This document shows positions 1 through 7,914 of a stretch of 64,000 nt of DNA, in pieces. The notes under the pieces were generated by a model. The model saw only the letters and a list, made by a program, of their open reading frames with translations, made no database searches and was not told the DNA's origin. The position numbers and the translations under genes are program-made. Every line of letters starts with the position of its first letter. Within the stretch, counting starts at the first letter, position 1. The stretch comes from an uncultured bacterium. GTDB lineage: Bacteria; Omnitrophota; Omnitrophia; Omnitrophales; Aquincolibacteriaceae. The DNA is taken from positions 268,554 to 332,553 of the forward strand of contig CAYSSX010000003.1 of assembly GCA_964434115.1 (NCBI GenBank). The letters are read 5' to 3'.

Positions 1-1
1 G

Positions 2-1015
2 GTCACAGGGAATCCGGTTTTGATGAAACCTGCCGAGCAGTCCGCGTTTCTGGCTTGGCATGTTTGTAAGATTTACCGTGGAGCCGGAATTCCGGAGGGG
101 GTTGTGCAGTTTTTGCCCGGCAGGGGAGAAGAAGCCGGAGACGCTTTGGTCCGCCACCCGGATGTTGCCGTGATTGCCTTTACCGGTTCGCGGGAAACAG
201 GGCTTTCGATTTTGTCCGCAGGCAATGAAAAAGCAGCTACGCAGAAGCTTGTTAAAAAATTTCTTGTGGAAATGGGCGGAAAAAACCCCGCGGTGGTGGA
301 TGCCTCCGCGGATTTTGATCTCGCGGTTCCTGCGGTTCTTCAATCGGCTTTCGGCTATGCGGGGCAGAAGTGTTCGGCGCTTTCCCGGCTTTATGTAGTG
401 GCGGAGGCTTATGATGAATTTTTGAAGCGGCTTGCCGGAGCGGCCCGGGAATTTTCTTTGGGATCCCCGCTTGATCCCGCGAGTTCTTTGGGTCCCGTGA
501 TTGATGAGGCGGCCCGGCAAAAAATCCAAAGTTATATCGATCTGGGCAAAAAGGAAGGGCGTGTTCTTTTTGAAGGAGTTCTTCCTCCCGGGCTGCAGGG
601 GCCTTACCTGGCGCCTATTATTTTTTCGGATCTTCCGGAAACCTCCCGGCTTTTGAGAGAAGAAATTTTTGGTCCGGTTTTGTGCGTGATCCGGGCGCGG
701 GATTTTACCGAGGCCTTAAAACTTGCAGGGAACAGTGAGTATGCCTTAACGGCCGGGGTGTACAGCCGGACGCCGTCGCATTTGGAGATGGCCCGCAGGG
801 CCGAGTTTGCCGGGAATCTTTACCTGAACCGGGGACAGACCGGTGCGGTTGTGGGCCGACAGCCTTTTGGCGGATTTAAACTTTCCGGAGGCGGCACCAA
901 GGCCGGCGGAGTGGACTATCTCAGGGAATTTTATTTTTCGAGAACTGTTTCGGAAAATGTCTCGCGCCACGGTTTTGCGCCGCTTCGCGATGAATCAGGA
1001 AAAGAAGTTAAATAA
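2..1015 (+). CDS. 1-pyrroline-5-carboxylate (L-glutamate gamma-semialdehyde) dehydrogenase, C-terminal ~330 aa; 5' end lies outside the window
   Basis: ALDH superfamily motifs: catalytic Glu in 'EMGGKNPAVVD' and catalytic Cys in 'GQKCSA'. The C-terminal 'QPFGGFKLSGGGTKAGGVDYL' matches the RocA/PruA-type P5C dehydrogenase signature (FGGFKMSGTDSKAGGPDYL). The ORF runs to the window edge in frame. Confidence 0.75.
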   Translation, partial: VTGNPVLMKPAEQSAFLAWHVCKIYRGAGIPEGVVQFLPGRGEEAGDALVRHPDVAVIAFTGSRETGLSILSAGNEKAATQKLVKKFLVEMGGKNPAVVDASADFDLAVPAVLQSAFGYAGQKCSALSRLYVVAEAYDEFLKRLAGAAREFSLGSPLDPASSLGPVIDEAARQKIQSYIDLGKKEGRVLFEGVLPPGLQGPYLAPIIFSDLPETSRLLREEIFGPVLCVIRARDFTEALKLAGNSEYALTAGVYSRTPSHLEMARRAEFAGNLYLNRGQTGAVVGRQPFGGFKLSGGGTKAGGVDYLREFYFSRTVSENVSRHGFAPLRDESGKEVK

Positions 1016-1766
1016 GGGAAAGTCCGCCGTCCGCGATAATCGTCTGCCCGACAATCCACGCGGATTCAGGCATGACAAGAAACTTGACGATTCTTGCAAG
1101 ATCTTCTGGCTGGGCAATGCGCCCGGCGGGTGTGCGTTCAATGACTTTTTGGCGAAAGGAAGCATAGTCCGGAAAGAATTTGAGGGCATCCGTTTCTACA
1201 AGCCCGCCTGAGACCCCGTTGACGCGTATTTTTTTAGAGGCAAGCTCCACGGCAAGATAGCGTACCAGGCTTTCCACCGCAGCCTTTGAAACTCCGATGG
1301 CCCCGTAATTAGGGATAAATTGGCGCGCCCCAAGGCTTGAAAGCGCTATGACGGAACCTCCTCCGCGGCTTTCCATGGAAGGCAGGGCTTTTTGAACCAG
1401 AAGAAGAAAGGCCTTGGCATTGATATCAAGCGAAAGGTCCCACTGATTGGCTTTGAGCTTATGGGTGGGTTTGAAGGCGCCCATGGCCGCGTTATGGATC
1501 AGAATATCAATACCGCCTAAAGCCTGAAGCCCCTGATCCACAAGCGGTCCCAAGGCATCAGGGTCGCCCACGTTGGCTTGTACCGTGACAACCTTTGAAC
1601 CCAGCTTTTGAAGGTCTTCGGCGGTCTTTTTAGCCGCGTCTTCATCCCGGACATAATTGAGAATAATGTCTGCGCCGGCCCCTGCGAGCTCCAGGGCAAT
1701 CGCCCTGCCAATCCCGCGTGAGGCGCCTGTAATAAGGGCGACTTTGTTACTTAAAGGCCTGTTCAT
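1008..1766 (-). CDS. SDR-family enoyl-[ACP] reductase, FabL-like (NADPH-dependent)
   Basis: N-terminal 'KVALITGASRGIGRAIA' Rossmann motif. The catalytic Tyr/Lys spacing is Y-x6-K ('NYGAIGVSKAAV'), typical of FabI/FabL enoyl reductases rather than the Y-x3-K of FabG ketoreductases. The C-terminal 'GGLVETDALKFFP...IADGGLSLI' resembles Bacillus FabL. The first ATG is at 1766; the ORF-track start at 1802 is a TTG. Confidence 0.65.
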   Translation of the reverse strand: MNRPLSNKVALITGASRGIGRAIALELAGAGADIILNYVRDEDAAKKTAEDLQKLGSKVVTVQANVGDPDALGPLVDQGLQALGGIDILIHNAAMGAFKPTHKLKANQWDLSLDINAKAFLLLVQKALPSMESRGGGSVIALSSLGARQFIPNYGAIGVSKAAVESLVRYLAVELASKKIRVNGVSGGLVETDALKFFPDYASFRQKVIERTPAGRIAQPEDLARIVKFLVMPESAWIVGQTIIADGGLSLI

Positions 1767-1831
1767 GGCCGAAAGCTTAGTAATGGAGGAGGTAAAAAGC
1801 AAACAAAAAAATATTCAGGCCTTAAGGGGTG

Positions 1832-1840
1832 TGTTATAAT
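1832..1840 (+). promoter_or_regulatory. Extended -10 promoter element (TGtTATAAT) in the divergent region upstream of the lipid-cluster operon
   Basis: 'gTGtTATAAT' at 1832-1840 lies ~40 nt upstream of the ATGATG start at 1880. No strong -35, which is consistent with an extended -10 promoter. Confidence 0.4.
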
Positions 1841-1879
1841 CCCCGACTCAAAACCCAGACCTGTCAGGCGTGCTGAGGC

Positions 1880-2521
1880 ATGATGATCCGGCAATGGCAA
1901 AGAAAAATCCTGGATTTTCTAGTCCGGCACCACCCGGCTCTTGGCTTGGAAGAGCGGGCGGAAGGTTTTGTTCAGCTTTTTGAAAAGGAATTGCCGAAGG
2001 AAAGCCTGATTCTGGATATCGGCGGAGGGTGGGGATTTTATCATGCTCCTCTTCTTGCGAGGGGACACAAGCACCTTGTGGTGGATGTGATAAAACCCGG
2101 GGTTCAAAAATGTCCCGTTGTGATTTATGACGGCAAGCGCCTCCCGTTCCCGGATCAAAGTTTTGATGTCAGTCTTTTTATTACGGTACTGCATCATATT
2201 CCTGATCCTGAGGCCGTGATTCGTGAAGCACTGAGGGTCACCCGTAAGCGTGTGATTGTGGTGGAAGACCTTTATCACCACGCGGCTGGCCGCTGGTGGA
2301 CCGTCCTGCGGGACCAGATTCTCAATGTAGAGTTCTTCGGACACCCTAAGAACTTTAAGACACGTGAGCAGTGGACAAGCCTTTTTCAAGACCTGGGCGG
2401 CTCGTTGAAGTTTCAGACCGAGGTTCAGACCTGGCTTTCCGGATTCCAGATTTTAAACGGGGTTTTTGTTTTTGATGTGGCCGGCTGTAGAAGTCCCCGC
2501 GAAATTTTGCAGCACGTTTAG
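1880..2521 (+). CDS. Class I SAM-dependent methyltransferase
   Basis: 'LILDIGGGWGFY' glycine-rich SAM-binding motif I; 'VDVIK...YDGKRLPFPDQSFDVSLFITVLHHIPDPEAVIREALRVTRKRVIVVED' is a typical Methyltransf_11/25 core. Confidence 0.6.
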   Translation: MMIRQWQRKILDFLVRHHPALGLEERAEGFVQLFEKELPKESLILDIGGGWGFYHAPLLARGHKHLVVDVIKPGVQKCPVVIYDGKRLPFPDQSFDVSLFITVLHHIPDPEAVIREALRVTRKRVIVVEDLYHHAAGRWWTVLRDQILNVEFFGHPKNFKTREQWTSLFQDLGGSLKFQTEVQTWLSGFQILNGVFVFDVAGCRSPREILQHV

Positions 2522-2538
2522 CAAAAAAGGGTCTTGAT

Positions 2539-2955
2539 ATGGAAGAGCTGCCGCAGACGGTGAACCTTGGCGTGCTTGGAAAAGCCCAAGCCGAGTATCT
2601 TCCTGACGGTAAAGGAATGAAAGCCTCGGGGCGTATTCCCGAAGACCTTGAATGCTTTCAGGATCATTTTCCAGGATTTCCGGTACTGCCGGGCGTTTTG
2701 GCTGTTGAGATTCAACGAAAACTGCGTGATTTTTTCTTTCAAACGAAGGCTCTTCCCGGAGCAGGGGATGAGTTTCGTGAAATAAGAGCTGTTAAATTCG
2801 CTTCTTTTTTAAGACCTGGTGATCCCTGGGAATTTCAGGGCGAAGTGAAAACCGGGCCGGGCGGAGAGAAGGTCTGGAAAGGCCGTCTTTCTTCCGGAGG
2901 CCGCCTTTCAGCGGCTTGTGAACTGGCGTTCGGCGCTCCTGCGCCGGCCGCCTAA
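2539..2955 (+). CDS. FabZ-like 3-hydroxyacyl-ACP dehydratase (hot-dog fold, catalytic His present)
   Basis: 'FQDHFPGFPVLPGVLAVEIQ' matches the FabZ active-site motif (HFPxxPVMPGVL...E). Size 138 aa. Confidence 0.7.
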   Translation: MEELPQTVNLGVLGKAQAEYLPDGKGMKASGRIPEDLECFQDHFPGFPVLPGVLAVEIQRKLRDFFFQTKALPGAGDEFREIRAVKFASFLRPGDPWEFQGEVKTGPGGEKVWKGRLSSGGRLSAACELAFGAPAPAA

Positions 2956-2966
2956 GAACGAGGAGG

Positions 2967-3374
2967 ATGATCGACCTCATGGATAAACAAATTTTTGAAA
3001 AAATTCAGGAAACTTTGGCAAGCGCGCTTGGCGTCGAAAAGACGGAAGTAACGCCGGAAGCATCGCTCACACGTGATCTCGGAGCGGAGTCTATTGACTT
3101 CATCGATATTATTTTCCGGCTTGAGAAGACTTTTGACATTAAGATCCCGAGCGGAGAACTTTTTCCCGGGAATGTTCTGAATAACGAGCGTTTTGTCTCG
3201 GCTGGCCGCGTGACCGATGCCGGGCTTGAGGAGCTGAAAATCCGGATGCCCTATCTTGATGTGGAAACCTTTTCCAAGGATCCCCAGATTTCCAAATTGG
3301 CTGAAGCCTTCACAGTCCAAATGGTGATTAACTATATCCGGGATCGTCTTGCCAAGGAAGCCCCCAAGGCCTGA
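2967..3374 (+). CDS. Acyl carrier protein with a ~45-aa insertion between helix II and helix IV
   Basis: 'TRDLGAESIDFIDIIFRLEKTF' carries the phosphopantetheine-attachment Ser motif (DSL-like 'AESID') followed by helix II. At 135 aa it is unusually long for an ACP. A GAGGAGG Shine-Dalgarno precedes it; the alternative ATG at 2979 cannot be excluded. Confidence 0.7.
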   Translation: MIDLMDKQIFEKIQETLASALGVEKTEVTPEASLTRDLGAESIDFIDIIFRLEKTFDIKIPSGELFPGNVLNNERFVSAGRVTDAGLEELKIRMPYLDVETFSKDPQISKLAEAFTVQMVINYIRDRLAKEAPKA

Positions 3375-3375
3375 G

Positions 3376-3759
3376 ATGAAACTCGCAGGTCTCGGCATCG
3401 ATGTGCTGTCGATTTCGAGGGCTGAAAAGTTTCTCGCTCACCGGACCCGGGAGTCTCTTTCGCGCGTCCTTTGCCCTTCCGAGCAAAAGTTTTTTGCCAA
3501 ACGTCTTTCCGTCCTTCAATTCGCCAAAATATTTACGGCCAAAGAAGCCTTCTTTAAGGCTTCACAAATGCCTCCTTCCGGACTTTATGGCTTTTCCGAG
3601 CTTGAGGTAAAGCTCTTGCCTCAGGAGCGTTTTGAGATAAAATGGCTTCGACCTGCGGGTCTGAAGAAAGGCCCCAAAGCCTGCGGCTGCCATTTTGTGA
3701 GCCCTGGATATGTTGGAGCGCAAGTCATTCTCTGGACGCCCTTTTCGGACGTCCTCTAA
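3376..3759 (+). CDS. acpS: Holo-[ACP] synthase (4'-phosphopantetheinyl transferase, AcpS type)
   Basis: N-terminal 'MKLAGLGIDVLSISRAEKF' matches the AcpS 'GIGxDIVEIxRI' motif. Size ~127 aa. The ATG is 1 nt after the ACP stop, so the two are translationally coupled. Confidence 0.7.
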   Translation: MKLAGLGIDVLSISRAEKFLAHRTRESLSRVLCPSEQKFFAKRLSVLQFAKIFTAKEAFFKASQMPPSGLYGFSELEVKLLPQERFEIKWLRPAGLKKGPKACGCHFVSPGYVGAQVILWTPFSDVL

Positions 3760-3800
3760 CCTGGCGGCTTACCGCCCTTCATACCGTTTGTTGATTCCGG

Positions 3801-4259
3801 ATGCGATGGATTTTGCTTGATGAAGTTGTGGAAGTCCGCGAAGGGGATTCTGCCCTGACTCGCGCCCGTGTCCCCGCCGCCCCTTTCAGTGTTGAAGTCC
3901 TCCTTCTTGAAATGATGGCCCAGACGGGGGGGCTTCTTCTCGGCGCGTCCCATAATTTTCAAAACGACGTGGTTTTTGGGAAAGTCGAAAGCGCTGTTTT
4001 CCAGGGACCCTTTGCTCAAGGCGCTCCGCTTGAAATCTCTGCTGTATCCAAAGAAAGCCGCGAAGAAGGGGGCTGGTTCGAAGCCTGGGTCAGCTCTTCG
4101 GGAAAAGTGCTGGCTGAAAGCCGCTTCTTTCTTGCCAATGCAGGACGCTTGATGCCGGAGCAGAACGTCTCGGTGACTTTTCCGGAACCCTTTCTGCAGC
4201 ATTTCCGTGTCCGTGAAAAAGTAAAACGTGCCGCCGGTTCTTCTCAGGGTGACTTGTGA
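3801..4259 (+). CDS. Hot-dog fold dehydratase-like protein lacking the canonical catalytic His (probable partner subunit of the FabZ-like protein)
   Basis: 'VEVLLLEMMAQTGGLL' resembles the FabZ/FabA central helix, but the HxxxxPxxPG motif is replaced by 'RVPAAPFS'. Comparable to the ApeI/ApeP pair in aryl-polyene clusters. The stop overlaps the next gene's GTG start (GTGA). Confidence 0.5.
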   Translation: MRWILLDEVVEVREGDSALTRARVPAAPFSVEVLLLEMMAQTGGLLLGASHNFQNDVVFGKVESAVFQGPFAQGAPLEISAVSKESREEGGWFEAWVSSSGKVLAESRFFLANAGRLMPEQNVSVTFPEPFLQHFRVREKVKRAAGSSQGDL

Positions 4260-5527
4260 CCGGGCGCCGGCGTGTTGTGATTACAGGTCTGGGTGTTATC
4301 ACCGCCTGCGGGAACGGGTGGAAAGCTTACTGGGAAAATGCACGCCAGGGTCAAAGCGTTCTGGCTCCTTCACGGGAAATATTTCCAGGGGCACACCCCG
4401 TGCGCCTGCTCGGTGAAATTTCCGGATTCACTCCCGGAGAATTGATCAAGGCACGAAAGTCGATCAAGGTGATGTCCCGGGATATTCAATTTGCCGTCGC
4501 GGCAAGTTCTCTTGCCATGCAGGACGCTGGTCTTTCTGCAGAACAGCTGGAGCTTGACCGCTCGGGTGTCTCCATCGGCGCGGTTGCCCCGATCAATAAT
4601 GACCTGGATGAAATCGGAGCCGGAATTTTTAAAGGCTTTGATACTGAAGGGCGTTTGCACATGAGCCGCTTTGGCAAGGACGGTATTCCTGCGCTTTTTC
4701 CTCTCTGGTTCCTCAAATATATTCCCAACATGCCGGCCTGCCATGTTTCCATTGCGCATGGGTTCAGGGGGCCCAACAACACTCTGAGTACCTCGGTCGC
4801 GGCTGGCCTTCAGGCGCTTGGAGAGGCTGCCCGGGTGATTGAGCGCGATGACGCGGACTGCATGCTGGCCGGAGGAACGGATTCAGAAACCAACCCGCTC
4901 GGTCTGTCGCGTTTTGAAATGCTGGGGCTTTTATCCCGGCGAACCGAACTGACGGCGCCTTTTGACGCGGCCTCCGATGGATTATTTCCCGGCGAAGGCG
5001 CGGGCGTTCACGTTTTGGAAAGTCTTGCGCACGCCAAGGACCGGGGCGCGCGCATTTACGCGGAGATTACAGGCTATGGGTCTTCGGGAGACGGAGATCA
5101 TGACCCTCTGAACCCTCAAGATTTTTCAGGCCGCTTTCGGGCCATGAAACAAGCCTTGAAAGACGCCCAGCTTGAGTTCGCGGACGTGGATGCTGTTTTT
5201 GCCTGCGGATCCGGCATTCCCGCGCATGATCGATTGGAAGCGCAGGCGCTTAAAGCCTTGGGAGCGCCGAAGCTTGTTACTTTTTTGAAACCCGTGGCAG
5301 GGCATTTAATGTCCGCTTCGGGCGCGGTTGAAACAGCTGCCGCCTGCGCGGCCCTGCAGGAAGGCCTTTTGCCGCCGGCTGCGGGATTCAAAAAATTCGC
5401 GGAAGACTGTGAGCTGCCTTTGATTCCGGCCCCGAGAGACGCAGCGATTGAGACCGTCATGGTCAATGCGTTTGGTTTGAGCGGCCAGAATGTTTCGCTG
5501 ATTCTTAAAAAATTTTCCGGAGTTTAA
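4256..5527 (+). CDS. Beta-ketoacyl synthase family protein lacking the catalytic Cys and first His (chain-length-factor-like KS partner)
   Basis: Full-length FabF-like thiolase fold ('VVITGLGVITACGNGW', 'DADCMLAGG', 'KPVAGHLMSASGAVE'). At the active-site position FabF 'ATACTSG' reads 'STSVAAG' (Cys to Val). FabF 'NAHGTST' reads 'FACGSGI' (first His lost). The Lys and second His are retained. GTG start. Confidence 0.75.
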   Translation: MTGRRRVVITGLGVITACGNGWKAYWENARQGQSVLAPSREIFPGAHPVRLLGEISGFTPGELIKARKSIKVMSRDIQFAVAASSLAMQDAGLSAEQLELDRSGVSIGAVAPINNDLDEIGAGIFKGFDTEGRLHMSRFGKDGIPALFPLWFLKYIPNMPACHVSIAHGFRGPNNTLSTSVAAGLQALGEAARVIERDDADCMLAGGTDSETNPLGLSRFEMLGLLSRRTELTAPFDAASDGLFPGEGAGVHVLESLAHAKDRGARIYAEITGYGSSGDGDHDPLNPQDFSGRFRAMKQALKDAQLEFADVDAVFACGSGIPAHDRLEAQALKALGAPKLVTFLKPVAGHLMSASGAVETAAACAALQEGLLPPAAGFKKFAEDCELPLIPAPRDAAIETVMVNAFGLSGQNVSLILKKFSGV

Positions 5528-5528
5528 A

Positions 5529-6821
5529 GTGAATTCCAAACGAAGAGTCGTCATTACGGGGTTTGGATCCGTGTCGCCTTTGGGGCTTTCCACAAACGAG
5601 TTGTGGGAAAATCTTAAGGCTGGGCGTTCGGGGATTAAACGCATTTCACTTTTTGAAGCGGAAGGGTTTCCGGTTCAGATCGCCGGAGAAGTCAAAGGCT
5701 TTGACGCGGAAAAATTTTCCCGCGCAGATCCGGCTCTTCAGCATGCCGGAAGGGGAACACTCTTCGCGCTTCAGGCCGCCGAGGAAGCCGTGGCTATGTC
5801 CGGACTGAGCTTTAATCAGGGGAACCCGGAGAGGATTGGGATCTTTTTTGGAGCGGGAGATAACGGGAATAATTTTCCGGGATTTTGCCGTTCGCTTTAC
5901 GAAGCAAGAAATCCTTCCTCCGGGCATGTGGGCTTTACCGGATATATTGAGGCGGCTTCCAGAAATCTGAAAAGTTTTGAAGAACTGGGAATCCAGCCTT
6001 CCAGGACGCTCGCGCATTTGGCGGCGCGCTTTGGGGTTCAAGGCCCGGTCGCCAACACGATTACAGCTTGCGCAGCCTCTTCCCAGGCCATTGGGGAGGG
6101 CTCAGAATGGATTCGCCGGGGAGATGCGGATGTGGTGATTTCGGGCGGTACTCACGCGATGGTTTACCCGCTGGCTTTAACCGGATTCAGTCTTCTGACA
6201 GCCCTTTCTCCGAGAAACTCAGAACCAGAGCGAGCCTCCCGGCCTTTTGATAAAAACCGAGACGGATTTGTGATCGCGGAAGGTGCCGGCGTTGTCATTC
6301 TTGAAGAGCTGGAGCATGCCCTGAAGAGAAAAGCGCCCATTTTGGGGGAGCTTGCCGGTTATGGCTCCACGGGAGACGCTTACCGCATGACCGATATGGA
6401 TCCGGAAGGCAAAGGTGCCTGCCGGGCCATGGAGATAGCCCTTCGGAAAGGGGGGCTTTCCCCCTCAGAAATCGGCTATATTAACGCCCATGGAACGGCG
6501 ACCCAGGTCAATGATGCAATTGAAACACTTGTCATTAAGAAGGTTATGGGCGAGAATGCACCCCGGATTCCGGTTAGTTCCATCAAGTCCATGTTAGGGC
6601 ACATGATTGCCGCGGCCGGAGCTGTCGAGCTTATCGCGTGCCTTTTGGCCATCCGCGATCAGCTTCTTCCTCCGACCATCAATTACGAAGAGCCGGATCC
6701 TGCCTGTGATCTTGATTATGTACCGAATAAGGCGCGCGAAGCTAAAGTGGACGCCGCGCTTTCAAATTCTTTTGGTTTTGGCGGTCAAAATATCTGTTTG
6801 GCGGTGAAACGTTATGGCTGA
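5529..6821 (+). CDS. Beta-ketoacyl-[ACP] synthase (FabF/KAS II family, catalytically intact)
   Basis: Active-site Cys in 'ITACAASSQAIG'; His in 'NAHGTATQVND'; Lys and His in 'SIKSMLGHMIAAAGAVE'; C-terminal 'NSFGFGGQN'. GTG start 1 nt after the previous stop. Confidence 0.85.
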   Translation: MNSKRRVVITGFGSVSPLGLSTNELWENLKAGRSGIKRISLFEAEGFPVQIAGEVKGFDAEKFSRADPALQHAGRGTLFALQAAEEAVAMSGLSFNQGNPERIGIFFGAGDNGNNFPGFCRSLYEARNPSSGHVGFTGYIEAASRNLKSFEELGIQPSRTLAHLAARFGVQGPVANTITACAASSQAIGEGSEWIRRGDADVVISGGTHAMVYPLALTGFSLLTALSPRNSEPERASRPFDKNRDGFVIAEGAGVVILEELEHALKRKAPILGELAGYGSTGDAYRMTDMDPEGKGACRAMEIALRKGGLSPSEIGYINAHGTATQVNDAIETLVIKKVMGENAPRIPVSSIKSMLGHMIAAAGAVELIACLLAIRDQLLPPTINYEEPDPACDLDYVPNKAREAKVDAALSNSFGFGGQNICLAVKRYG

Positions 6822-7914
6822 AACAAAAAATCTTTTTATTACCGGTGTGACAGGGACCCTGGGCAAGGAATTGATCCGGGAACTTTTGCGCACAACCAAT
6901 GACCGTCTGGTGGTCCTGATCCGAGGGAAGAACCGTCTTTCCGCGGAAGACCGGCTCCGTAAAATTCTGAGTCTTCAAGGTTTGGAAGCGGAAGCAGGCC
7001 AGCGGATTCAAGCCGTTGAAGGCGACATTACCCAGCCTGGCTTTGGGCTTGCCCCGGAAGTCCGGGACCGCTTGATTCGTGAGACCGACCGGTTCTTCCA
7101 CATCGCGGCTTTGACGGCGCTGAATGGAAGCCGCGAAGATTGTTTCCGCATTAATCTTGGAGGAACTCTTGAGGCCTTGAAGCTTGCCTGGAGATTTTAC
7201 CGTGAAGGAAAATTGGAGCGGTTTTTTTACTTCAGCACGGCCTATGTCGCGGGAAGCCTTCAGACCTATTGTTCAAAAGAAAACAGCCTTCCTGAACAGC
7301 CGGCGCATGCGAACTTCTATGAGTCCAGCAAATATGAATCTGAAAAGCGCGTTCGCGAAGCCTTGGCAGAGGGGCTGCCCGTGACGATTTTCCGCCCCAG
7401 TATCGTGGTGGGCAATTCCGTGACTGGTGAGACCTCGGAATTTAATGTGATTTACCCGTTCCTTAAACTGTTTGCACACCGCATCATCACTGCGCTTCCT
7501 TCCCGCGTGGAGAATTCTTTCAATATTGTGCCGATCGACTTTGTGATCCGCGCCGCGCTTGAAATCGCTTCCCATGAGGACTCTGTCGGGAAAGGGTACC
7601 ACCTGGTCACCCAGAACCCCCCGACGATTGAGCTTCTTCTCGAAGTGGCCCGGCAGGAGTACCCTCAGATTCCGGCGATTGAAGTGATTGACCCTAAGGA
7701 TTTTGACCGGTCAGCGCTTTCGCCCCAGGAACAATTTGTTTATGACATGATGACGCCTTATTTGGGCTATCTAAACGATAATCTTACCTTTGAAACTACG
7801 CAGACAGAGGCCGCCCTGGCCGGAACAGGCGTGGAGTTTCCCAAAACCGACGGCGATTTTCTGCGGAGGCTTTTGGCGTATGCCGTGGATGCGGGTTACC
7901 TGGTGGTTTCCTAA
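6814..7914 (+). CDS. Stand-alone thioester reductase / fatty acyl-ACP(CoA) reductase (NAD-binding_4, 'male sterility' family)
   Basis: 'LFITGVTGTLGKELIREL' (TGxTGxLG Rossmann) and 'YESSKYESEK' (YxxxK) in the arrangement typical of NRPS/PKS terminal reductase domains and fatty acyl reductases. The start ATG overlaps the KS stop (ATGGCTGA). Confidence 0.7.
   Translation: MAETKNLFITGVTGTLGKELIRELLRTTNDRLVVLIRGKNRLSAEDRLRKILSLQGLEAEAGQRIQAVEGDITQPGFGLAPEVRDRLIRETDRFFHIAALTALNGSREDCFRINLGGTLEALKLAWRFYREGKLERFFYFSTAYVAGSLQTYCSKENSLPEQPAHANFYESSKYESEKRVREALAEGLPVTIFRPSIVVGNSVTGETSEFNVIYPFLKLFAHRIITALPSRVENSFNIVPIDFVIRAALEIASHEDSVGKGYHLVTQNPPTIELLLEVARQEYPQIPAIEVIDPKDFDRSALSPQEQFVYDMMTPYLGYLNDNLTFETTQTEAALAGTGVEFPKTDGDFLRRLLAYAVDAGYLVVS

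Noticed and set aside
2-1015. Aldehyde dehydrogenase as part of the lipid cluster (oxidising the reductase-derived aldehyde)
   Set aside because: The C-terminal 'FGGFKLSGGGTKAGGVDYL' is the specific signature of RocA/PruA-type P5C dehydrogenases in proline/arginine catabolism. The gene is convergent with the FabL-like gene. It is more likely an unrelated neighbour.
1657-1839. 60-aa + strand ORF preceded by GGAGGAGG
   Set aside because: It overlaps the N-terminus of the FabL-like gene on the opposite strand and has no conserved features. The Shine-Dalgarno-like string is probably coincidental (complement of the minus-strand leader).
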